From assembly GCA_037379345.1 (NCBI GenBank), contig CM074518.1, positions 17,794,001 through 17,858,000 on the forward strand: a DNA stretch of 64,000 bases, in the 5' to 3' direction. The stretch comes from Perna viridis (taxonomy: Eukaryota). The position numbers and the translations under genes are program-made. Under the pieces are notes generated by a model. It worked only from the letters and a program-made list of their open reading frames with translations, had not been told where the DNA came from and did not search any database. This document shows positions 1 to 13,016 of the stretch, piece after piece; within the stretch, counting starts at the first letter, position 1, and each line of letters starts with the position of its first letter.

Positions 1-619
1 ATTTCCTTTATTCTCTAGGAACATTTCCTCATCTTACCTTTTCTAAAGGTAAACAGTAGATAGAAAACAGTTTTGATGCATAATCAAACCGAGTTTTTTT
101 TAGCAAATATGTGTCTAGCGAAATCAACTACTTTCTTAGATTATGCAATAGTATGAAATCTTTAATTGATGCAGTGCACCAAATGTAAATTAGAAATTGA
201 ACGGGAATGACAAATTATCAAATAGAGTTGACATTTAATGAATTGGTTTTGGTGTCATTTAGCATGAAAAGAGATGTGTTTCAAATAATTTATTTCAAAT
301 AGATAGCTGATTTCTTCTCTTGATAACGAATTTGTGGCACCAATATATTTTTGAATTACGCTGTCTTCATTAGAATAATTTATAAGTTATTTGCTTCAGT
401 TGGAATGCGGAAAGATCAACCAAGGTTAATGTTTTTTACATAGTGGTTTACAAAAAACAGTCAGGGACAAAATTAATCAAAATTATGTGTATGAAATATG
501 TAAGAAGATATTTATATTGTTCCCATTGAAAAAATTCATATTATTGCTTTGATATTTCTGAAAGATTTTTCGACGCTTATTGCTTCGCTTTTAACTCTAT
601 CTTGGCAAAATCCCCTCAA

Positions 620-1110
620 CACCTGAGTATGGAGTTTTTATATAAGAAGTCATACGTTATGCCAGAGCTTGCCATAACTACGCAGACTTTTTGTATAGCG
701 CCAGAATTCTTACAATTAGGCTTCTGGAACAGGGTTATGTCGCTACAGAATTGAAGTCATCACTACATAAGTTTTATGGTCGTTATCATGTGAACTCGTC
801 AACTCGTGGATCGTTACGGTGTATCCCTATGCACCATGAAAACTGATTTATTCAACGTGTCATAGCTTTACCTTTCCTCTTTGGTCTACCCTGGACTTAT
901 TTTTAGCAACTCGTCGGATGTTTCTACCCTACTGTTGCACCTGGTCCACGCTTCCAGTTTTTAGTAGAGTCCGAGATGCTCATTTACTTTACTTGCTTTG
1001 CATGTATTATTTTGGTTATTTCATGTTCTTTGTTGCGTGTGTCTATTTTCCAAGCCTGGATTACATTCTTTTGATTTCCGATAGTGTCGTGGCTCCTTTG
1101 ATTACTCTTT
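620..1110 (+). mobile_element. Naiad-type PLE, 5'-truncated diverged copy
   Basis: catacgttatgccagagcttg...aagttttatggtcg...ttgattactctttt matches the family. Confidence 0.88.
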
Positions 1111-1319
1111 TAAGTTTCTTATTCATCCTTAAAAATATAGCAGCTACTTTTCAGTGTAACCATGAGTACATTTCAATCCATGCTTTGCACGTTTTGAAAT
1201 TAAAATTAAGGTTTTTAAAATAAAGTATAAAAGAGTTTCAATATCAATTTTGAAAGTATGTATTGATTAAAAACCATGTTTCTATCGTGTTTCAAGTTTA
1301 CATCATTAATTGTTTTACA

Positions 1320-2280
1320 TTTTATGACATCGGTTCAAGGTCAAATGTTCCCAATTCGCAGCTGTAATACTGTTCCAACATTCATTTTTAAGATTTAGTG
1401 GTATTTTTTACCAAAGTTTCCCCGATTGGCACCAATCAGGCTTCTTACGAAAATTACTCAATTCGCTCCAAAAAATTAAAATTTTATCTTCGAATAGAAA
1501 CATGAAATTGCTCAAAAGAAGAGTGCTTTGTGACAGACTTCCTGATTGCATGTATTTTGTTTTTAACGAAACTTGATAAAAGTAATAAAATAGGATTACA
1601 TTCTAATTATATCAGCACATAAACCGTATTAGATAAATCATTGATTTTATAAGGCTTCATGGAGAAGTAAAGTTTTGAGTACTTCAAAACATTATGATGA
1701 CGGAATATTAGTATTACAATTTGTTAACATTGTGTACCTCAATGATACCGATTAACAACTGAAGTATACCGGAATATTCATAAAGCCCCAGAGCAATTTG
1801 AGACTACCACGGGTAAGATGTCAAGTATTCAAAAGAGCCTTTGCCGAGCAATAGAACATATCCCGGATTTCCTACCTGCTCTCTTGCAATATTTCAATTC
1901 TTTTTATAACTAGATTTGGTGATATGTACGCAAACCCAGAAATCTCTGTTTTCTTCTTTTTCTTTGTACCAAAAAAATGCAAATAAACCAGTTTTTTTAT
2001 GACTTCACAAATGTCACTTGCTGCTTGATACTACCCTTGAGTGTTTCTCGTGTCTTTCTTGTCAATTGTTAAAACTCACCGGGTTAATAATAGGAGTTTC
2101 ATATTCTCCTATATTCATAAAAAATGTATCCTAAGCACTGACCAATCAATGATATGGAGTAATTTTTTTTGCCCAAATGGGAAAAGCAGTTCCCGCCTCT
2201 TTCAAAACATACATGTGATAACAAAGATTGCACTTAAAACGTACTATGAGACTTAATTGGATTTTAGATGAATATTATTA
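1320..2280 (-). pseudogene. Decayed exon of membrane-protein paralogue C
   Basis: YVLSAIFVITCMF, FFMNIGEYETPIINP, EYLTSYPW*SQIALGLYEYSGILQLLIGIIEV, DLSNTVYVLI*LECNPILLLLSSF; collinear with paralogue A (YL.S..SQI...L; C.P.LL..SF) and B (IGEY; LSN). Confidence 0.5.
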
Positions 2281-3339
2281 AAACAAATGAGTTGTGTTTT
2301 CACAGAAAATATAGACGTCTTTATAACATGTATTGTGAATAATCGAGGAACGGTTATCTTCAAATCAATTCGAGACGAAGGACTTTAGATAAATGGTCAA
2401 TGCGTTAAGATTCTAATTCTAACTAATTAGAACATGAAACATTAACTACCATATTTCGTGCTTCATATAGATGATATTGTCTTTAAGCTTTACATTTAGA
2501 TCACGATTGGCTGTTGAATTACATTAAAGATATATTTTCATATTCGATTTGTTCATAAAATGTTATTCCCTTTTTCCTTTTATAAACGCACTCTCATTAA
2601 AGATAGGTGAAAATTGAGTTGGCAAATGATGTTTGAAATGAATTTATCGTTATATTTGAAAGTTCACAAACTTTAATAAAAGCTATAAAGGGAAATATTC
2701 CATGGATGTGTAATGGAATTACATACTTTTTTAATTGTTTATTTTATCATGATAGGTCTGTGTATGTCTCTAGTACAGAGCATCACATCATATATAGGTT
2801 TGTATAAAAGCACATTTTAACGCTTTTTATAAGTTTTTTTTTCAAAGTTTGTTTTAATTCATGTTCAGTCAAAGTTTAATTTAAAAAAATATGAATGAAG
2901 GATTCAGAGAATATAAACCCCCTAGGCGATCAAAATGAATGTCAAATGATTTCAGGCAATTATGTACAATTTGCAATGTCTGGAAAAATAATACGAAATA
3001 ATGGTGTGTATCAATAACATACTTGCTTTGTCCAGTTACCTATAATACTATACATACTTAACGATTGATCATATGTTTCTTAGGTGGAAATTAGCTCATA
3101 CATCATGCGTTTCTGTATATTGAGCGACACCATCATAATATGAAAGACGCAAAGAAAGGTATCTAGAATATCGACAAACTGTTTTAAATCTATGAAATCA
3201 GTTTTCGTGTAATTTGAAATCGATGAAAGATTTCAAGATTTTCTGATGATGGCTAAATAGTGTGTTTAAAATAAAAGTTGACTAGACACTATTCCACTAA
3301 AGAATTAAAATTGTGAACACTGTAGTAATTTCCCTCTTT

Positions 3340-3535
3340 GGTTTTAACCCGGATTTGATATGTATCTTATCATCAACAAATCGTCGGCCGATTCATGAAA
3401 TGCAACTAATGGCTCTTACTCTGCTGATGTACCTGTTCCAAACTTTCAGTTTTAGTGGAATCTAAGTTGCTAATTTATTCTTGATTTTGTATGTGTATTT
3501 CTTTATTTACTTGTTGTAGTGTTGTGTCTGTAAAT
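3340..3535 (+). mobile_element. Highly degraded PLE 3' UTR remnant (similar remnants at about 23450-23540 +, 40150-40280 -, 45905-46030 +)
   Basis: Residual motifs cccggatttga, gcaact, cagttttagtggaatctaagttgct. Confidence 0.55.
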
Positions 3536-4157
3536 GTATCTGTGTGTATTAAGTGTAAGTTTTTATAAGAATCAGGAAAACTTGGAATTGTAAGACACAT
3601 TCATGTGAAAAACCCACTGTTCCGACAATGTAATTTCATTCCAGGATGCTTTCCCTATTTGAAAAGACCATTATTTGATCTCTGTATCACTGGATTCGCT
3701 CAGAAATTGTTCTACAGAATGTTAGAAATATGAGGTTTTTGAGACAGTTATCTGCAAATAAAATGTTCATTTTCAGTTATAACTCAATTTCCCAAAATCT
3801 TGTCTTATTTCCTTGATTCTGATGGTGCATATAGTTAAATTAAACTTTCAATATGGTGGGTTTTTTTTATACCATGTTACGTCCAATGATTGATACAGAC
3901 ACTGACACTTAACATCATGAGTATTCTTTTGCTCGCTCTATCCATAGTATGCTTGTTTTGATAAGTCTGTTTACGAATTACGATATGAAATATACCATTA
4001 AAAATCTACTTTATGTATGCCTTATTATCGATATGTATTTTTAGTGCCTGAAGTAATGTATCATTCAACACAAAACTACAATTATGTATTTTGAGTTTAT
4101 TGACTTTTTCACAATTTTTAAAACATTTTTCTTTACATTTTTAAAAATCGATACAAA

Positions 4158-5091
4158 TCAATTACTACATATTATCCACTTAAATGATAATATTATTATT
4201 ATTATTATTACTATGTTATATCCTGTGCTTATGCCATTAAAAACGGAAAAGAAATAGGGAATTAATTCCTTATAAAGTATCCTGCAACACCTGAAATAAA
4301 ATGATTCTGACAAAACGACCAAAATGGCAGGGACTTGGAGGCAAAACAGAAAAAAAATATCGAGAATAAAAAACCAAAACATATTTTGAAAATCACAATT
4401 CTTTGCAATGATGCCGCAAGAAGTTAATCTTTTCAAATATACTTTTTAAAAATGATTACATACAATATTTTATTTTTTTTAATTATCATTGACTTGAAAA
4501 TATAAACTCGTGATTAAAGGCATTCACATGTTTTTAGCAACAGCGCAAATTTCAAAGACTAATTGTCATGCTGTGTAGAATGTTTACACCTCTTACACTT
4601 TTTGACGAAAACAAACTAACATGCCAACATTTAATTAAGTTCGGATACGACTTTTGATAGCAAATCAATATCGCGAATGAACTAGACATATAGCAAAAAG
4701 CAGTAAAAGTTAATTAAATACTCAGGTTTGAAAAAAAGCAGAAAACTTGGACACTAACAATCAAATCTACTGAAGGGTATGTTCATTTACATTTAGGAAA
4801 AAACGGAAATTTTAAGATTGCTTCCGATTTTGTCGTTCTTGTGATTTTTAAAATGTAAAATACCAGGGTCTATTACTCACAAAAAAGGCATATATATTAA
4901 GAAGTGATAATATAGTTTTTCCTTGTTGATATGAGCAAGATATATTTGACAAAAACGTCATTAAAGATGACTACAGAGGTTGTAGTACGTCACTGTCGAT
5001 TGTTTCTTATTATGCTATATAATTCTGGGATATAATCATTGATTTTTCTGACTGTGATTTCCATAACTCACCCACGGGTGCGACAGGACAT
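4158..5091 (-). CDS. Candidate two-exon 5' part of paralogue C (5091-5072 + 4290-4158): MSCRTRG|CCRILYKELIPYFFSVFNGISTGYNIVIIIIIILSFKWIICSN*
   Basis: ATG at 5089-5091, donor gtgagt at 5066-5071, acceptor ttttatttcag before 4290, phases compatible (phase 2). 50-aa product with a hydrophobic segment partly built from an (ATA)n microsatellite. Confidence 0.4.
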
Positions 5092-5196
5092 ACAATGTTC
5101 TTCAACTCAGCAGAGCCTCGTTAAATAAACTGAGTGTCTGAAGTTTCTTCGTCTTGATTCTCAGAAGCGTTAGATTCTGAATATTTCTGACTACAT

Positions 5197-5226
5197 GGGG
5201 ACTTCCTGTGCGTCAAAGTTTTCCCC
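5197..5226. promoter_or_regulatory. NF-kB/Rel-like sites upstream of the candidate paralogue C first exon
   Basis: GGGGACTTCC (5197-5206) fits GGGRNYYYCC; an imperfect GGGGAAAACT lies on the minus strand at 5217-5226; about 110 nt upstream of the candidate ATG. Confidence 0.35.
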
Positions 5227-5729
5227 TTTAAACCCGGATGATAAGTGCACATTTATCTGTATCATTTTTTTTTACACACAAGAAAAAATCATCGTGTTAC
5301 ATTCTCGTTCAGTAAATCCCGAGTGTTCAGTAATGCCCCCTTTTTCATATCATATGTAATATGTTTGTTTATCAAAACATATTATTTTATTCTGAGCATT
5401 GACGAAATTATTTTTCCACGGACGCAAGGTAAGTGTAAATATGTGGCTCGTATCACTTCCTCCAAAAAACATGCGTAATTCGTAATACATATTTTTACAA
5501 TAATAACGTAAGTTCTTTAAATATTACATTTAGGTGTCAAATATTGTTGTTTGTGGAGAGTAGTTGTTTTGCAAAACAACACATTAACCATTTGTGTACA
5601 CGATTGAAATATAATTGAAATGAAATCACACGAACAATTACAATTAAAACTACATGATAGACAACAAACTATGTCAACTAATAGAATATTGTACATTGTA
5701 TATCAAAACATATTACTTATCTCCTTTCC

Positions 5730-6179
5730 TTTTTGTATCGCGCTAGAATTCTAACAAATAGGCTACAGGAACCGGGTTGTGTTACTACAAGATTAAAGTC
5801 ATCACTTCAGAAGTTTTATGGTCGTCATCATGAACTCGTGGATTGTTACGGTTGTATCAATCTGCCTCATGAAAACTGAATTGTTCAACGTGTTATATTT
5901 TTCCTTCCCTCTTTCGGCTACCCCGGACTTGACTTTTTATGAGCAACTCGGCGTGTATTTCTAGAAAAGCAGAGGACGTTTACCCTACCGATACACCTGG
6001 TCTATGTTCCCAGTTTTTAGTGGAGTCCGAGTTACTCTATTGCTTTTGTTGCTTTGTGTGTATGATTTAAGTTACTTTATGTTCTTTGTTGTGTATGTCT
6101 GTTTTCCATTCTAGTCGTTGTCCCTGGATTACATTCTGTTGATTACCGTTATAACCTCGGTTCCCTTGATTACTCTTTC
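5730..6179 (+). mobile_element. Naiad-type PLE, 5'-truncated copy
   Basis: RT C-terminus and complete 3' UTR ending ttgattactctttc. Confidence 0.9.
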
Positions 6180-7900
6180 AATATATTTTAGAAATCAAAT
6201 TTTCAAATTCGAATGTATATGACAGTCAAAGAAGAAATGAGGTTCATCATCTAAGTTATGACAATTTTTACAAAACCTCATTTCTCTTACGATATTTTTA
6301 TATCTCCCTGTTTCAATCATTATTTCATGGTCAGAAGGTCTTAATTCTATGATTAATTTACGGTTTTTTTTTCATTTCGATATGATAAATAAAAGAGATT
6401 ATTGTCAGCTTCATTATGAAAGTATTTATATAGATAATTCTTATTGCTTTCATTCAATTTTTTTTCTGGCTATCGGTTAGTATTTGATGAAATTAATTTG
6501 TATTGATTTCACCTTTTAATTGGCTTGTATCCTTCATGTCTGTACACATTGATTTTTGTTCTCAGTTTCTTTCCTTTACCATCATAACTATATATGTATA
6601 TCATGAATATGTCCATCCACTGTCAACTTGTTTTATGAGAAGGAAAGCTTCTTTAAGAATTGAATTTATTTCATCATGTTTTGATCTTGATAAACATATC
6701 AGAATTTGACATGTTATAAATATTTCTACAGAAAAAAACGTTCAATTGTTCTTAGACAATACAATTACTAAACCATCTTTCTGTACCAGTTTTATATTGT
6801 TATAAAATTAAGCTGAAATTTTTCCATTGGAGTTTTGTCAACAAAACTCAAAATGTCTCTTTCAGATGAATTTTGTTTTCATAGCTCTCAAATCTACTCC
6901 ATAAACTTTGAAGTAAGACTCCATAAAAGTATTTCCGCGTTTTGAGTTAATAAAAGAGAAACTAATGTTTGGAAGATATTACAAGCAACTTTAAAAGCCG
7001 AGCAAAAAACGGATCATCAAAACTCATTTGAAAGGAATATACAAAGTTGTCAATCAAAAAATGTTATTTGCATTTAAAAGTACCTAATAATATCTAGGCA
7101 TTGCAATCTCGTTGCTTTCGAAAGTTAAATTACATTCTGTATTGAGTTATGTTTTTAGAATTTCATTATGCCATGAGATGAATCATTGTCTTGTATTTTA
7201 GTGATGTATATTTTAGTATGAAAGATCCTCAGTTTCCCCAAAAAATTGGAATTTCAAATATTCAAAAGCTCCTATTTCTGACATTATAATGCTTCATCGA
7301 AATGAATCACAAATGTAAAATTCATGAATTTGTCTCCCTACAAGATGTTGATTACGACCATGCTGAATTAATTGTCTTTGATAGATGGATTTCTTATTCA
7401 GAAATAAAATATAATAAACCAGTGACAGGAATGTCAAATGAGGATGAGTACAAAAAAGTCAACTTGTAAAACCAACGAACTTGCTACATCACCTTTATAT
7501 GTCAGGGGGAAAAAGACGATTTTAATATACATCGCAAAACGATTGCGTCGACAAGAAATTTATATTTTTATTATGTAAATTTTTAGCACTATATTGTTTC
7601 ATATGAAAATCAAACGCAGCTTGTAATTCTAATGTTTTATGTCGATGTGTTTTTTTTCCTTTATAGCTGCTTAAAAATAGTGTCATGTCAATCGTTACGA
7701 CAATGATGTAATAATTTACAACAGGTTTCGTTGAAATAAATAACGTCTTACATTTACTATAGGATTCAGTGTTAAGAAGATTGCAAACACAAAAACACAA
7801 ATACATTTTTAACGTGTTGTCAAGTTTAATTGAAACATTTTACATTCATATTTCAAAACCACATCGGTTTTACTTCAAGATATTCCTAACTAAAAACAGT

Positions 7901-8500
7901 GAAAGAGTAATCAAGGGAACCAAGGTAATAGCGATAATCAAAAGAATGTAATCCAGGGACAAACACCAGACATACACAGCAAAGAACATAAAGTAACTAA
8001 AATCATACATACAAAGTAACAAAAGCAAATGAGCAACTCGGACTCCTCTAAAAACTGGGAGCATGGACCATGTGCACCGGTAGGGTAAGCGTTCTCTGCT
8101 TTTCTTGAAACACACGCCGAGTTGCTTATAAAAAGTCAAGTCCGAGGTAGACAAACAAGGAAAGGAAAAATATGACCCGTTGAATAAATCAGTTCTCATG
8201 GTGCAGATGGATACACCATAACGATCCACGAGTTCATGATGACGACCATAAAACTTCTGTAGTGATGACTTCAATCTTGTAGCAAAATAACCCTGTTCCA
8301 GAAGCCTATTTGTTAGAGTTCTAGCGCGATATAAAAAGTCTGCGTAGTTTCGGCAAGCTCTGGCATAACGTATTATTTGTGATATGAACACTCCATATGC
8401 AGGTGCTGGAGGGATGTTGCCACAGATGAAAGGAAAGTTGACAAATTTGAATGAAAAATCACCACGTTTGTCTTAAAGTTTGGTCAATAGTTTTCCTTTA
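7901..8500 (-). mobile_element. Naiad-type PLE, 5'-truncated copy
   Basis: ORF track ISQIIRYARACRNYADFLYRARTLTNRLLEQGY...KFYGRHHELVDRYGVS; 3' UTR ending ...cccttgattactctttc. Confidence 0.92.
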
Positions 8501-9290
8501 GTGATTTATGATTCGATTTCGGTAATATTATTATAATCACATACACCAGAAGAAGAAAGTAAATGACTTCTCAGTGGAAACTTGATATTCATTTTTTACT
8601 TTTTTGGGTTAACAATGCTCAATTAACTTTCTTTTTAACACTATAACATGTCTGCCCTATATATTCAAAAAACAGTAAATCATACTTTTTTTTTATAGAT
8701 TTTTCTTCAAATTAGTTTAAGGTACATATAATTACTTTGTTAACCCATAGTTCGTGTTATGAGAGAAATATCTGATTACAGGAACATTTTGGATCGCTAT
8801 CGAGAAAACAATGATGTAAGTAATTATGACAATGTTAATTGCGATTTCGTATGAAGTTAAAACCATCCATCACTTTATCACATACGACTTTTTATGACTA
8901 GTGCTTACCTTTCGATAGCTGCCAGTGTGGTTAACCACCCTATGCTTGACAGAAGAACGTAGCAAACCATTGCATGGAGCTGGCATGAAATATCACCAAA
9001 TAACCATCTTTCTGAAATGTTAAATACACACACATCAAACATATTCATTCATAAAAAATATCGTTTTTGGATTTCAAAAAAGATCAATCTGTCGAACATT
9101 AAAATTCATTTGCGGCTTTTTAGTAGGAGCATATTTAAGTAACACCAAAATGTATAGAAAAAACTTTAGAAAGCGCGCAAGCATAGGCTTCTTGTATTAC
9201 CTGCTTAGATGTTAATCATATGCCTTTGGAGTAAAGTGCAATGTAAAATTGAAACTGACAGTAAAGATCAACTACCTATTAACCACCTTA

Positions 9291-9560
9291 ATTAAGGGAA
9301 CCAAGGTTATAGCGGTAATCAATAGAATGTAATCCAGGGACAAACGACCAAACATGGAAAACAGAGAGACACAACAAAGAACATAAAGTGATTACAATCA
9401 TACATACAAAGTAATAAAAGCATGAATGAGCAACTCGGACTCAACTAAAAATTGGGAGCATGGACCAGGTGCACCGGTAGGGTAAGCGTCCACTTCTTTT
9501 CTAGAAACACCCACCGAGTTGCCCATGAAAAGTCAAGTCCGGTGTAGACGAAAGAAGAAA
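9291..9560 (-). mobile_element. Naiad-type PLE 3' UTR copy
   Basis: Reverse complement of the family 3' UTR (aagggaaccaagg...ccaggtgcaccggtagggtaagcg...aagtccgg). Confidence 0.88.
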
Positions 9561-10732
9561 CTATACAATTTTAATTCTGCATTTTACTAGTAAATTTATA
9601 TTGTTCATTCAATCACAAGTTAACCGTTTAATTATTTCAAGTCATCAATCGCTGTAATCGCTGCAGGGTCTGCCTATGTCAAAATCTAGGATATTAATTG
9701 CAAATATCATTTTAGTCAAGATGTTAATTATGCAATTATGTTCATGAAAACTAAGCTTAATGCTTCTTTATACAGTATTCTACATATATGCATGTTTCCT
9801 TTCTTCACAAAACATGCTAATGCAGCCAAATTTTGCTAGCAACGTAGGTGTTAATATAAAATTTTAAAATATATATACAGATTTACCAGAACAGATTTTT
9901 ACTCGTAAATGCAAATATGCTGTAGCCTACATATCCAATTCAGGGCATGCTAGCAATAATGTGTGACAAAATGTGATAGTTGATTGAAGTTTTTAATATT
10001 TTGTTTATGGGTGGGTGTTGGTATTTAGCTGGGTTGTGGCATAAAAAAATAATTAATTAATCTAAATTTAAGATTTAAAGAAACGTCTTTTTTTTTTAGA
10101 AAATAAATGGAAGGTTGCACTACATCTTACATTTAGGAACAGGACTAGCAATGTATCAGAGCTACATTTGATATATTTATAAAACTTAGAATGAAAACAT
10201 TTCATTAAGTTTGTTAACATTTTGTTAATACTTGTTATCAAGTTTGCTTTCGCACAGCGTTAATTTCACATTCATTGACCAAATCTATAATAATATTCTT
10301 GAAATAAAACATTCGCAGAAACTGTATTTGTGGCATTTCAGGTAATACATTTCACACCTGAAAGAACGAAAATTAAACTGTCGCAAAACTCTCCCTGTCT
10401 GCTGTATGTCTCAGACATTAACGATGAGATAATTTTCTCTATGAGGGGGGTTTCACTAATTGTCTTAAAAAATAAATTGAATGCAAATGTAAAGTCTAGA
10501 CTGACAATCACACAAAGCAGTCACGATTTCTTAGATTTTGCTGATTGACTGGACAGTTTGTACATAAAGAAGATTTTTCTACATTAAGTGCCAGGATTCA
10601 GAGAAAAATCAGACATAATCTTAAAAGGACATATAAGTACATATGAACTGTGATCTTTACTACAGATGACATTTCTATACACTACTTTTGTAGTTATAAT
10701 AGTATTTGATACTTTGTCTCAACAACTACATT

Positions 10733-10843
10733 GGAGGACGTTTATTTATTCGAACGGCACTGCATATTGGTAAATCAGGTGATTACTGAAAAAGTTTCGT
10801 ATTGACCATTGTGCAATGCCGTTCGAATAAGTAAACGTCCTCC
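10733..10843. repeat. Hairpin / mini-MITE with about 40-bp inverted arms
   Basis: ggaggacgtttatttattcgaacggcactgca ... tgcaatgccgttcgaataagtaaacgtcctcc. Confidence 0.8.
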
Positions 10844-12808
10844 TTTTGTCATGGATACTTTCCCTCTTTCACTGAGATGAACATCTTTATCTGCAACTTG
10901 TGCTGTCTAAGAAATAGAAACCGCTGATTCAAAAAATACACTTCCGTTCAACCCTGGGCTGAGATGGGATTGTGTTGCAGGTTTCGGTGTTGATATAATG
11001 ATATAACAGTTATGTTCTATGTACGGATTCTCTCTTATTTGACCCGTGAAACGAAATACTAAATTTATTTCCATTTAGTAACAACACTCAATATTGCTTT
11101 TCTTTTTTTTTCGAGGTTTCCCTTTCCGCTTTTATTTTGTATTGTGTTGTGTGTTTATGCTTTATGATATAGTAAGCGGATGTGTTATAATTAATACAGA
11201 TGTACTGTGCATGTATTCCAACTACAGCTACATTATGATATATTATATAAAAGATTGAAATATACCCTTATTTATTTTCGTGGTTTCACAACATATACGT
11301 GTTAAATAGTCACGAATGGATACAAAACCTTGTTATAAGCAAATTTTGTTTACTCAATTTATGAATATACAATGATAATATTATTTAATTTCACAAATAC
11401 CAGTTTTATCTATTGTAAATTTCGTTATGCTGTACGCGTGTTTCCATGAGTAATCTCTCATTAGCAGCATTAAAATCGAATATGTAGGAAGATCATTATC
11501 AAAATATTAGTTGTATACAAGAAGTACTCAAAACCAAAACTATCGAAACAGTAAGCCAAATCCATCACCGAGACGTTCTACCATATGTATATTCTATTTG
11601 TTATTCCATTAACAATGTAGAGGTCAAGTAGACAGCTGTAAAAATTAGATAAAGAATTTGGAAATGAGGAGATTTTGAGTGTTTTTTATAATACAGGTTC
11701 AGCGTTTATTTTTGTTTATCGGCAATTTTATCAAATTTTTATTGTTCCTACTGCCTTATAAAATCGACACTCAGCCTACCGCCGTGATAATAAAACATAT
11801 CGACAATTTTCAATGACAACGTCGCTCATAAACAGAATAACGTCTATTTTGAACGTCTCGAGGCAACATCAATCTAGAGCTGATGAGCTGGCTACGATGT
11901 TACCTGCCTCGACTTCAAAAATTGCCGTATAATCGCTGTATATTTCTCTTTTATAAAAATCGTATTCATTTTACATATATGAGTATCTCCTATTTGTTAT
12001 GGGTGATCTGATAACTCAAATAATTATTTTTGTTCCGAGATTGAAACCAAAACATTATCGTGCTTCAGTATATCAGTATATAAAATGTCTAATCATGATT
12101 AGTCATGATTAATCATGATCTAATCAAAATACCACAGACACAGTTATAATACAGTACATTTTAACATCAGACCAAAAATACAAATAATAGTTCAATGCTG
12201 TGTTACAGAAGAACATAATAAAAAATTCTAAATTACCACTAATATTAACATTGCAACTTCTTGTATGATGTACACGTGTTTCAAATTATAACATCTAATC
12301 AACAGCACTAAAAGCTAAATCTAAAAGTAATATAAAAAGTTACCAGCACCAAAAATATCAAAATTGGAAAACAGATCCAGCAAAGATCTACCAAGTGCAT
12401 TACAGTTAATATGATGCCTGAAGATAATACTTATTTACAGTGTCTTTCAGAATGTATATTGTTATACACAGCGGTAGCTTATTAGATTACGTATTCTCGT
12501 TCCCCGCATCAAATTAGTCGTGATATAATTCAATACAGAGAGATAGCTTGAAAGTTGATATCAATCTAGTTAGTCTGTCACTTGCGTTTGTATTAAAGTG
12601 TTTATAACTGTTTATGGTAGGTCTATATAAATAAGTACCTGGTTGCCTCTCGGCTCGAATTATAGCAGTTGCTGCCATTTGTCCCCAAGAACTCGAGGCA
12701 TCATACATTAAGGTCTAAGCAACTTCAAATATAGCAAGATTTAAATATTATGTTATTAATATAATTTTATTAACGAGCTAATTGAATAAGTTAATTAATA
12801 ATATTTAA

Positions 12809-13016
12809 GGAGGTAATCCTAGTGTAAGGGACACAACTCTTAAAAATCATTGGAATGTTTGTATTCAGCATTTTACATCTACGTCATGTAAGCATCAAAG
12901 TAACTTAGATTAATTTCTGTGTCAAATAAAAGCTTGATAGCCTTTGGTGAAATTGAATATGATACAAACATATCACTGACTTCATAAGTAATGTCCCTTA
13001 CCCTAGGTCTACCTCC
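12809..13016. mobile_element. MITE with TTAA target duplication and GG-starting TIRs (Kolobok-like)
   Basis: ttaa|ggaggtaatcctagtgtaagggaca ... tgtcccttaccctaggtctacctcc|ttaa. Confidence 0.8.
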
